57,201 nt of DNA from a virus (Duplodnaviria > Caudoviricetes), in the IMG/VR virus record IMGVR_UViG_3300021373_000198, positions 1 to 57,201 of that record; one strand, given 5' to 3'. Of the stretch, positions 46,609 to 54,362 are shown one piece after another. The stretch's first letter is position 1. Each line of letters begins with the position of its first letter. Made by a program: the position numbers and the translations under genes. Below the pieces are notes generated by a model, which was not told where the DNA came from, did no database searches, and saw only the letters and a list, made by a program, of their open reading frames with translations.

Positions 46609-47954
46609 GCTGGATAATCCCAAACAGTTATCATGTGTGTTTTGTACTCTGGACCCCATCCACCACCGTAGATGTAAGGGACAGTACGAATTGGACAACT
46701 ATCACCAGTACACAGAAGGTCATCTACAATCCTCCAACTTTCCATAACTTCATCGACATGGACAAAGTGCGATTGGTCTCCATTTATAGCATCATAGAGG
46801 AGTTTTTCATATCCGTCGATTGCTCTATCTTGGGGGTAGTCGTGAGTGAGTGTAGCCAATTCAAGATTATCATTGAGCCCAGGAGATTTAATATCCATCC
46901 TAATGTCCAGATGAGGATTAGGCTGTAGACGCATGACAATACGATCGTTGATTTCACCTTCATAGAGTTTTAGCGGTGGTGCTTTGAGTTTAATGACTAC
47001 CTCTACACACTGGTATGGTAGTTTTTTTCCTGTCATGACATTAAAAGGAACTCCTTCCCAACGCCAGTTATCGACGAATAAAGTACCAGCAAAATAGGTA
47101 GGAGTACCACTGTTAGGATCAACGCCCTCTTCGTTACGGTAGCCATCGTATTGTCCAAGAATAATGTTCTCTGATAGTCTAGTAGCGGATAAAACTTTTG
47201 TCTTCTCTCTTCTGACTTCTTTTGCTGACATTTTGCTTGGAGGTTCCATAGCAATCAATGCCAGAACTTGCAGAATATGATTCTGTAGCATATCTCTGAC
47301 AGCACCAGCGGTCTCATAATACTGGGCACGACCCTCACAACCAATAGTCTCCGAAGCAAAGATCTGCACTTCTTCTACATACTGGCGATTCCAGAGTGGT
47401 TCAAGAAGAATATTACTAAACCGTGTAGCAAGAATATTATTGACAGTATCTTTGCCGAGATAATGGTCAATGCGATAGACTTGTTTCTCGCGTAGACATC
47501 TAGCAACCACAGTTGATAGACGATCAGCAGATTTATAATCGTGCCCAAAGGGTTTCTCAATAACAACACGCGAGAGTTCTGGGTTGTTGAGGAGTCCTGC
47601 TTCTTTGAGATTGATGATAGCATTCTCATATCGTTCTGGGGGTACGGATAAGAAGTAAGTTGAATCATCTGCATCTGGTAGATTTTTCAATGACTCTGGA
47701 TTATCCAGATCAGTGCTAATCCAATCCAGACGATGGAGAAAGTCTTCAGGATACTCTCCCAAAGATTCCACCCATGTTTGTTTTGCGATCTCACGACGAG
47801 ATGTCCCTACAATCACAAGATTAATTGGAAGTAAATCTTTCTGATGTAGTTTATACAGAGCAGGGATTAGTTTCTTCTTTGCCAGATCTCCAGTAGCACC
47901 GAAGATTACTATCTGGTAAGTAAGTATTTCAGTGTGCGGTTCCGTTTCCATCAT
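46605..47954 (-). CDS. zwf: Glucose-6-phosphate 1-dehydrogenase
   Basis: IFGATGDLAKKKL, IEKPFG, YRIDHYLGK, RDMLQNH, WRWEGVPF. Start at ATG 47954 or 47951; the 5' extension in the ORF track overlaps ndhP. Confidence 0.95.
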   Translation of the reverse strand: MMETEPHTEILTYQIVIFGATGDLAKKKLIPALYKLHQKDLLPINLVIVGTSRREIAKQTWVESLGEYPEDFLHRLDWISTDLDNPESLKNLPDADDSTYFLSVPPERYENAIINLKEAGLLNNPELSRVVIEKPFGHDYKSADRLSTVVARCLREKQVYRIDHYLGKDTVNNILATRFSNILLEPLWNRQYVEEVQIFASETIGCEGRAQYYETAGAVRDMLQNHILQVLALIAMEPPSKMSAKEVRREKTKVLSATRLSENIILGQYDGYRNEEGVDPNSGTPTYFAGTLFVDNWRWEGVPFNVMTGKKLPYQCVEVVIKLKAPPLKLYEGEINDRIVMRLQPNPHLDIRMDIKSPGLNDNLELATLTHDYPQDRAIDGYEKLLYDAINGDQSHFVHVDEVMESWRIVDDLLCTGDSCPIRTVPYIYGGGWGPEYKTHMITVWDYPA

Positions 47955-48057
47955 AGTCGTCCGAGTCGTAGTAGTCATTTTCACCTTTTCGTAGCCCGAA
48001 ATATATCGTGGCCAATACAAAGGGTATTGCCACCCACTTGAGTGCTTCACCTAACAT
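47929..48057 (-). CDS. ndhP: NdhP-like small NDH-1 subunit (42 aa), not in the ORF track
   Basis: MLGEALKWVAIPFVLATIYFGLRKGENDYYDSDDYDGNGTAH: one TM helix plus the FG...YDSDxYxGNGxAH tail characteristic of cyanobacterial NdhP. Confidence 0.8.
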   Translation of the reverse strand: MLGEALKWVAIPFVLATIYFGLRKGENDYYDSDDYDGNGTAH

Positions 48058-49108
48058 CGTGACCACCAAACATTGCTCTCATTCCGTTCAGAACCTTGGC
48101 CGTGAAAGCACCAAGACGGCGTGACTCAAAACGTGCCCACAGCGCACTGCTGATAACAGGAATGGGTACGCCAAGATCCACACCAGCGTGAACCGTCCAA
48201 CGACCCTCACCAGAGTCTGATACTCCACCATCGAACTTGCCAAGCTCTCGATCGCGCCGTAGAACATCAGCGGTAAGATCGAGCAACCAACTACCAACCA
48301 CGCTACCACGACGCCAAAGCTCAGCCACTTCAGCAACATTAATGTCGTACTGATAATCGGCAGGGTTGTCCATTGGGGCGACTTCTGCATCTCCTGCTTT
48401 GACATACTTGGCACCAGCATTTGCTTCATGTAGAATGTTGAACCCTTCGGCATATGCTTGCATTATACCGTACTCAACACCATTGTGGACCATCTTGACA
48501 AAATGACCTGCTCCTGGTCCACCACAATGCAACCATCCGTGCTCTGCTTGTGTTACCCATGAGTTAGGTTGAGTCCTGGGGGCAGAATCAATTCCTGGGG
48601 CGAGGGCATCAAAAATTGGACGACAAGTGGTGACCGCAGTATCTCCGCCACCAACCATAAGACAGTATCCACGGTCCAGACCGTAAACACCACCACTAGT
48701 ACCACAGTCAATATACGCGATGCCAAGTTTTGCAAGGCGCTCGGCTCTTTTCCGACTGTCCTTAAAATTGCTATTGCCATGATCAATAATAATATCGCCT
48801 TCACGACAAAATCGTAGTAAGTCATTGAGTGTATCCTCTACAGTTTCTGCTGGAACCACCATCATGAAGATGCCTGGTTGTGGAAACCGTAGAGTTTCTC
48901 CAGACTTCTCTCCATATAATTCTTTAGTCTTAACTATTTGAACAAGGCTTTCCAGAGAAGTGGTATATCCACTGATATAACCCTTCTCATATTGTTCATT
49001 TGCTTTTTTAACATTGTTGCGATAACCATGAACTTCATGTCCTGCTGCGATAAGACGGCGAGACATACCCTCACCCATCCTACCTAATCCGATCATTCCT
49101 ACTTTCAT
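48047..49108 (-). CDS. gnd: 6-phosphogluconate dehydrogenase (short type)
   Basis: GMIGLGRMG, IDHGNS, DCGTSGG, GAGHFVKMVHNGVEYG, SDSGEGRW, MRAMFGGH. Confidence 0.96.
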   Translation of the reverse strand: MKVGMIGLGRMGEGMSRRLIAAGHEVHGYRNNVKKANEQYEKGYISGYTTSLESLVQIVKTKELYGEKSGETLRFPQPGIFMMVVPAETVEDTLNDLLRFCREGDIIIDHGNSNFKDSRKRAERLAKLGIAYIDCGTSGGVYGLDRGYCLMVGGGDTAVTTCRPIFDALAPGIDSAPRTQPNSWVTQAEHGWLHCGGPGAGHFVKMVHNGVEYGIMQAYAEGFNILHEANAGAKYVKAGDAEVAPMDNPADYQYDINVAEVAELWRRGSVVGSWLLDLTADVLRRDRELGKFDGGVSDSGEGRWTVHAGVDLGVPIPVISSALWARFESRRLGAFTAKVLNGMRAMFGGHDVR

Positions 49109-49284
49109 ATGTCTTTAAATAAATCTTCTATTTGCTTACGAGCATTATCCATTTTTTGTTTTTCTCGTTCGCAGTGCCTATAACCACGTTTGCCTGTCAT
49201 AATCAATGTCCCCTGATAGAACATTGTGGCAGCAAACACCAACAGTAGAACAATACCAATCAGTTCAGGGTAATGTTGAGCCAT
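49105..49284 (-). CDS. Small single-pass membrane protein (59 aa), not in the ORF track
   Basis: MAQHYPELIGIVLLLVFAATMFYQGTLIMTGKRGY...; ATGA overlap with the gnd start. Confidence 0.65.
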   Translation of the reverse strand: MAQHYPELIGIVLLLVFAATMFYQGTLIMTGKRGYRHCEREKQKMDNARKQIEDLFKDI

Positions 49285-49481
49285 GGCAGTACGGGGGGTA
49301 TTACTCCGATAAGTCGAAGCAGACCTTCAGCAAAAAGTGCAAGAACAACCCAACCAACACACATACTAATAATCGAAGCATTCCGATTATGACGGCGTAT
49401 GGCAGCATCGATCATCTCCTGCACTCTTTCTTCGGTTAATCTTTCGGGTGGATTCACCCCCTTGCCCCAGTCTTTAAACAT
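49260..49481 (-). CDS. Small membrane protein
   Basis: EMIDAAIRRHNRNASIISMCVGWVVLALFAEGLLRLIGVIPP; TAATG overlap with petE. Confidence 0.7.
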   Translation of the reverse strand: MFKDWGKGVNPPERLTEERVQEMIDAAIRRHNRNASIISMCVGWVVLALFAEGLLRLIGVIPPVLPWLNITLN

Positions 49482-49804
49482 TAGTTTACATGCACAGTAC
49501 CGATCATGCCTGCACCTTTATGAGGACCACACCAGTAAGTGTAATCTCCTGCTTCAGTGAAAGTCACATCAAACTCTTCACCAGGCATCATAGCGAGACC
49601 TTCGTGAGAGATTTCTGGATGATCTTCTACAACCACATTGTGAGGTGGTAGCATGTTGTTTACAAAGTGAACCGATTCTCCTGCAGCAATAGTGATCTCT
49701 GATGGTTCAAAAACTAGGTTACCGTTGTAACCCATCTGAACATCAACTGCCCATGCGGGTGCTGCCAGGAATAGTGTTGCAAGAAATGCGAAAATAAATT
49801 TCAT
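49481..49804 (-). CDS. petE: Plastocyanin
   Basis: Signal peptide ending AWA; LVFEP, PHNVV, YWCGPHKGAGM giving Cu ligands H, C, H, M. Confidence 0.95.
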   Translation of the reverse strand: MKFIFAFLATLFLAAPAWAVDVQMGYNGNLVFEPSEITIAAGESVHFVNNMLPPHNVVVEDHPEISHEGLAMMPGEEFDVTFTEAGDYTYWCGPHKGAGMIGTVHVN

Positions 49805-49950
49805 TCTTTTGTCGAATATTGATCTTGATAAGTTTTGAGCTTATTGATCAAGTCATCATATTGTTCCCACATCCATTCACTACCAGTATTCTCTTGATAG
49901 AGTTTACAGGCTGTGATTAAACGTGTTATATCTGTGTCGTTGAGACGCAT
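49801..49950 (-). CDS. Small hypothetical protein (49 aa), not in the ORF track
   Basis: MRLNDTDITRLITACKLYQENTGSEWMWEQYDDLINKLKTYQDQYSTKE; ATGA overlap with petE. Confidence 0.7.
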   Translation of the reverse strand: MRLNDTDITRLITACKLYQENTGSEWMWEQYDDLINKLKTYQDQYSTKE

Positions 49951-50029
49951 TTTCATATCAAAACTCACTTACTAATTATAGGTTCACTATGTAATAATAC
50001 ACAATTTTAACAATATTTTTACAGTTATG

Positions 50030-50314
50030 TCAGCAATTCCACGCACGAAGAGACTTATTGATACGAGAGTCCTTATCGTTAGCAGTTTTTTTGCTGGTTA
50101 ATTTCTTCTTCATGCCCTTCATTCGAGCGCAGAAGGATGCCCTCCTGGGATTTCCAACCTTCTTGCTTGGTGCTTTGAGGTCAGATCCTGGATTTTCCTT
50201 TTCATAAGACTTTCGTCCTTTTTCGTTGAGTCCTCCAGATTTGTTCTGTCCTGATTTTTTTGTCCAGGCTGCTCCTTCGGAGATGTCATGCCTTAACTGT
50301 TTGAACGACTTCAT
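50030..50314 (-). CDS. Basic small protein, probable internal head protein
   Basis: N-terminal MKSFKQLRHDISE (capsid-targeting-like), then AWTKK...GGLNEKGRKSY...RRASFCARMKG...RAWNC. Confidence 0.8.
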   Translation of the reverse strand: MKSFKQLRHDISEGAAWTKKSGQNKSGGLNEKGRKSYEKENPGSDLKAPSKKVGNPRRASFCARMKGMKKKLTSKKTANDKDSRINKSLRAWNC

Positions 50315-50326
50315 ATTTATACCTCA

Positions 50327-51169
50327 TTAGTTATCTACGAGAATGAGATTGAATGTTGAACTGATTTGAGTTCCAGCACCATTGAATGCCTGAACTTCAA
50401 TGTCTACTTTCTCGTTAAACTTTAGTGGAATAGAATAGTTCTTTACATGGAAACCACCCGATACTGACATAGTATCTGATGTTGTCATCACAAATCCATT
50501 GACTGGCAATCTGGTTCTCAAGAAAGCAGATGTTGATGTATTGTAATCTCCTGCTCCGATAGTCCACTGTGTTAGATATGCTGTCTTACCAGCAGGCACT
50601 GTATACAAAGATAGCATAGTTTGACCAAAACCAATATAGTTAGCTCCAGTTCCATCACCACCAATTTGTGCTACGACTGTGCCTGCTCCTGATGCTGCGG
50701 TGCTGATAACAAGATCACCTCTATTGTATCCATCAGAACCAGCATCAGTAATAAATGCTCGGTAAACTCTCAAGAATGTTTGTATAGAAGCAGCACCATT
50801 AACTGTAACTTCTTCCTGAACCAAATTGTAATCAGTATCCAGTCCTTGAACTGTTACTTTTCTAGCTCCAGTTCCAGTCAATCCATCAGCAGCATTAGCA
50901 GAATAAACATAAACTGCTGTAGCAGATGTTAGATATTCGTAGATACCACCACGATCCCAAATAGTTTCAATACTTGTAGCGACACTTGGATTTCTACCGA
51001 ACTTTTCAATAGAGGAATATCCGTCTAACAGTCCAGCAGCAATGGGGATGTTAGCAGCGGATCCATAACTATTCAGTGGGTTGCCGTCTTGGTCGGCAAG
51101 CATCACTACCTCAAAGTTTGTTGTGTCCTGTGCTCTATATGCTTGAGCGTCTTTGTTCCACTGTGCCAT
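50327..51169 (-). CDS. Hypothetical virion structural protein
   Basis: 280 aa, Gly/Thr/beta-rich, LYTVPAGKTAYL motif, late block. Confidence 0.7.
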   Translation of the reverse strand: MAQWNKDAQAYRAQDTTNFEVVMLADQDGNPLNSYGSAANIPIAAGLLDGYSSIEKFGRNPSVATSIETIWDRGGIYEYLTSATAVYVYSANAADGLTGTGARKVTVQGLDTDYNLVQEEVTVNGAASIQTFLRVYRAFITDAGSDGYNRGDLVISTAASGAGTVVAQIGGDGTGANYIGFGQTMLSLYTVPAGKTAYLTQWTIGAGDYNTSTSAFLRTRLPVNGFVMTTSDTMSVSGGFHVKNYSIPLKFNEKVDIEVQAFNGAGTQISSTFNLILVDN

Positions 51170-51170
51170 T

Positions 51171-51413
51171 TTAGTATCCTACTGATGTTGCCCAGATTTC
51201 TGTTGCTGTGTGACCAGGAGCATCAATAGTTTCTGTTGGTAGTTTTTCAATAAGAACTCTCTCACCAGCAGCAATGTACAGAGTAGCTCCATTACCCAAA
51301 GCAATCAATACTGGAGCAGTATGAATATTAACAACAGAACAAACTGTTGCCTTGTTTAAATCTACAGGATTGCTAGCAATATCTGTTGCTGTTCCTTTTA
51401 CTTTAAGTAACAT
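51171..51413 (-). CDS. Small hypothetical late protein
   Basis: 80 aa beta-rich; AATAAATA at 51433-51440. Confidence 0.7.
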   Translation of the reverse strand: MLLKVKGTATDIASNPVDLNKATVCSVVNIHTAPVLIALGNGATLYIAAGERVLIEKLPTETIDAPGHTATEIWATSVGY

Positions 51414-51847
51414 CAGTCTTCTGCTTTTTCTTTATTTATTTGCTTGAGCATTTTCTGTAGGTCTGCTGTGCTGCCTACAAACAAATTATTTGTGGTGTTG
51501 TTGGTCTCTCGCTTGGTAGGTGCCTCAAGGTCCTTCATCTTTTTCTGTAGATCAATCAGTTTGTCAGTGGTGTCTGCAACCTGCTTCATAGCGTTCACAG
51601 CGACTTCATACGCTCTAGGGTGCCCTGACTCCTGCGCCACCTCTAACGCCCCGTTGAGCGCCTCCTGACCCTTATCTATGAGGTTGTAAAGCTGTGCTCT
51701 AGAATATTCATAGTCTTTACTTTGATCATCCTTGTCCTCTTTCTTGGGGGCGGGCTTGGATGGTTTAGATTCTTCGACTGGTTCGATGTCTGTAGTTTCA
51801 ACTTCGATATCAAAGATATCTTCCATGTTCTTTTCAAATTCGTTCAT
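51413..51847 (-). CDS. gp16: Terminase small subunit
   Basis: DYEYSRAQL, HPRAYEV, NNLFVGSTADLQKML. Confidence 0.93.
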   Translation of the reverse strand: MNEFEKNMEDIFDIEVETTDIEPVEESKPSKPAPKKEDKDDQSKDYEYSRAQLYNLIDKGQEALNGALEVAQESGHPRAYEVAVNAMKQVADTTDKLIDLQKKMKDLEAPTKRETNNTTNNLFVGSTADLQKMLKQINKEKAED

Positions 51848-52647
51848 AGCAATTCAATCCCCTCGTTAAATCCAAAGTCATCTGTGCTGACAACCAGTGC
51901 ATCGTCTGCAGCATCAATAACACCATCATTGTTTTTATCTTCCAATGCTTTTGGTGTGTATGTAAGTGCAACTGCACGCTTGTTCTGATCAGGATCTCCA
52001 ATTGATTCGTATACAGTTGCCTTCTTGATAAGACCACTGTTGCTGTAAGGACCGTAGATGTAAGACCTGGCAGTGAAGTTAAGAGTCCACGTAATAAATC
52101 TTCTGTTTAAGAAATCACCATCCCAGTCATCCTCGTGGTTGATACCGTTGAGAATAATGGAGATGTCTTTCTTCTCGTTCATATCACTGATCATATTTAC
52201 AGTGATATTAAAATTAGGTTGGAAGTATGGTAAGATCTGCTCTAAAATTTGAAGTCCATCATCCTGCGATTTAGAGATGATGCCAAGTTCAAACTCCATA
52301 TTATATGGAACAGGAACATACTGCATCTTAATTTCAGTTCCATCATCATTGACGACAGTCTTATATTTCTGTGTAGGTGCAGTCTTTCTTGAGCCATCAT
52401 AATTGATACCAGTCATCTCAAAGTAGAGACGTGGCAACGTGATAGCGACCTTCTTATCAACGTCAGGATTCTGCTCAAGACGTGTCAAGAATTTATTCTT
52501 GGGACCATAAGCCAGAGGAACTTTCTCTGCCTCGATCACATCACCAGTTGATGGATCTTTTTTTCTGATCTCAATGTTATTGAATAATGTACCGAAACCG
52601 ATTACTGTTTTTCTAATCGCCTCGTTATAAAAATGTGGACCTAACAT
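51844..52647 (-). CDS. gp15: Tail sheath stabiliser / terminator
   Basis: FGTLFNNI, VPLAYGPK, TLPRL, QILEQILPYFQP. Confidence 0.93.
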   Translation of the reverse strand: MLGPHFYNEAIRKTVIGFGTLFNNIEIRKKDPSTGDVIEAEKVPLAYGPKNKFLTRLEQNPDVDKKVAITLPRLYFEMTGINYDGSRKTAPTQKYKTVVNDDGTEIKMQYVPVPYNMEFELGIISKSQDDGLQILEQILPYFQPNFNITVNMISDMNEKKDISIILNGINHEDDWDGDFLNRRFITWTLNFTARSYIYGPYSNSGLIKKATVYESIGDPDQNKRAVALTYTPKALEDKNNDGVIDAADDALVVSTDDFGFNEGIELL

Positions 52648-53525
52648 CAGAACTCACCAGTTACTTTACCATACTCACCGAATGGGTTCCTCTCGGTGAA
52701 GTCGAGAAGATCATCAGCTGTTGTTTCAATATATTTATTGTCGGCGTACTCAACGTTTTCTAGAGTCAAGTTATCGACTTCTACGCTGTCTTGAACAACG
52801 CCACTTTCAGATCCAGTGATGGTCTCTCCAGGGGTAAAATTACCGTTTCTGTTGATAAGTGTGAGTTTGTGATTATCTCTATCCCAGAAGGATACTTCTG
52901 CAGTTGTGCCAGTAGTTCCACCAGTTACTGTCTCGCCTTGAATGTAATGTGTGGTAGCCGCTGGATCCATATCAATAGTAATCGAAGGTGCGAAGATCTC
53001 TTCGATCTCATCAATCTCTTCGATGCCAGTTTCAAACTCATCGTTGCCGAGCTCGTAGATTTCTGCGGTTAGAGTGTAAATATAGTTCTTACCTAACTGG
53101 TAGAATGGTGCTTCTCTTTCTACAAACTTGATCTCATATAGATCTTCTGTAAGAGGTAGGTAGATTAAATCTCCTTCGTTAGGTCTACCATCTACAGTAG
53201 TGATGTCAGCAAACTCTTGGAATACCTGACTCCATCTGTTCTGGGATACCACCATTGTGATCTCATCGGTGATACGTAGACCAAACTTACTGATGAATTC
53301 AGATGGTGATCCAAATCCCTCAACATTGATCAGTAGCATCTCAATCATGTATTGAGTCTTGAACTCGGAATACAATACATCATTGAGAGGAACATCTTTA
53401 ATCATCTTCCTGGGAAGATAATAAACATCACTACCAAATAATCTTATCTGTTCGTCTACTAGACTTTGGATAAGATTCTGTTCGGTGTTGACACCACCAT
53501 GTTGTGGGAAATAGATACTCTTCAT
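52647..53525 (-). CDS. gp14: Neck protein
   Basis: YYLPR, SKFGL, RPNEGDLIY, PFYQLGK, DFTERNPFG. Confidence 0.93.
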   Translation of the reverse strand: MKSIYFPQHGGVNTEQNLIQSLVDEQIRLFGSDVYYLPRKMIKDVPLNDVLYSEFKTQYMIEMLLINVEGFGSPSEFISKFGLRITDEITMVVSQNRWSQVFQEFADITTVDGRPNEGDLIYLPLTEDLYEIKFVEREAPFYQLGKNYIYTLTAEIYELGNDEFETGIEEIDEIEEIFAPSITIDMDPAATTHYIQGETVTGGTTGTTAEVSFWDRDNHKLTLINRNGNFTPGETITGSESGVVQDSVEVDNLTLENVEYADNKYIETTADDLLDFTERNPFGEYGKVTGEF

Positions 53526-54352
53526 CCGATCATATCCATTGGGGGAAGTTCATAATAGGTTGCGCTCTTCTCCATGAGAGCGTCAATCTCTTTCTGTGCA
53601 TCCTCAAATAACTGTCTGCCATTTAGTGACACACCACCAGGCAGTTGTACGTTGTTAAACTTGATTAGGTTCTGACCCCACTGTCTCTTAATTAATGCCG
53701 TCAGATATTGCTTGACAAAGCTATCATTGTAGACTTGAGTATAATCATCTGGGTTTAGATAGCGATAACACTCAATCAGAAGATAGTTGCCTTCAGCCAA
53801 TCTTGACTGATCAATATCAATGAACAGACGATCTTGTCTTTGGTTAAATCTGAACTGTACTAAAGCTCCAGTGTTGACAACCATGTCAAGAGTCTCGAAG
53901 TATTGACGAATCATAAAGTAGTTCGTCATGTCAAAGTTGCCAAAAGCAAAACCTGATGAGAACGAGAAGATATCCATCAGGAAGTATTGATTGCTCAATC
54001 CAAATAGGTCATTACGAACCCAGTTAGAAGAGACACCAAATACTTTTGAGATCCCAACTACATGCTCTGGAATCTCAATAAAGTTATTTCTGTTCACCCA
54101 TGTCGCTGCATCGGGAGCAAGCGTCGATGTTGTTTCATTAGAAGATTCAAATCGTGTTACATCATCTGCTGTAATCTCATGTTTGAGATACATCTTTTCA
54201 ACGCCATCAAAATGACGCTCTCTATAGTATTGGAAAGCGTCATCAATTAGGTCATCCAGCTGATCATCATCTACGTTAATTTCAAGAACTGGATGACCTA
54301 AACGCCTCAAGCAATACTCTTTAAGTTCTGCTCTCGATGCGGGTTCTGCCAT
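53522..54352 (-). CDS. gp13: Neck protein
   Basis: YCLRRLGHPVLEINV, ALIKRQWGQNLIKF, LPGGVSLNG. Confidence 0.93.
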   Translation of the reverse strand: MAEPASRAELKEYCLRRLGHPVLEINVDDDQLDDLIDDAFQYYRERHFDGVEKMYLKHEITADDVTRFESSNETTSTLAPDAATWVNRNNFIEIPEHVVGISKVFGVSSNWVRNDLFGLSNQYFLMDIFSFSSGFAFGNFDMTNYFMIRQYFETLDMVVNTGALVQFRFNQRQDRLFIDIDQSRLAEGNYLLIECYRYLNPDDYTQVYNDSFVKQYLTALIKRQWGQNLIKFNNVQLPGGVSLNGRQLFEDAQKEIDALMEKSATYYELPPMDMIG

Positions 54353-54362
54353 TAGTTACTCC

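Noticed and set aside
47955-48050. N-terminal extension of zwf in the ORF track
   Set aside because: This DNA is better explained by ndhP in another frame; G6PD similarity begins after ATG 47954.
50314-50321. Exact TATAAATA overlapping the ATG of the 94-aa ORF
   Set aside because: A transcript from it would start downstream of the start codon; probably just the AT-rich spacer after the GAGG SD.
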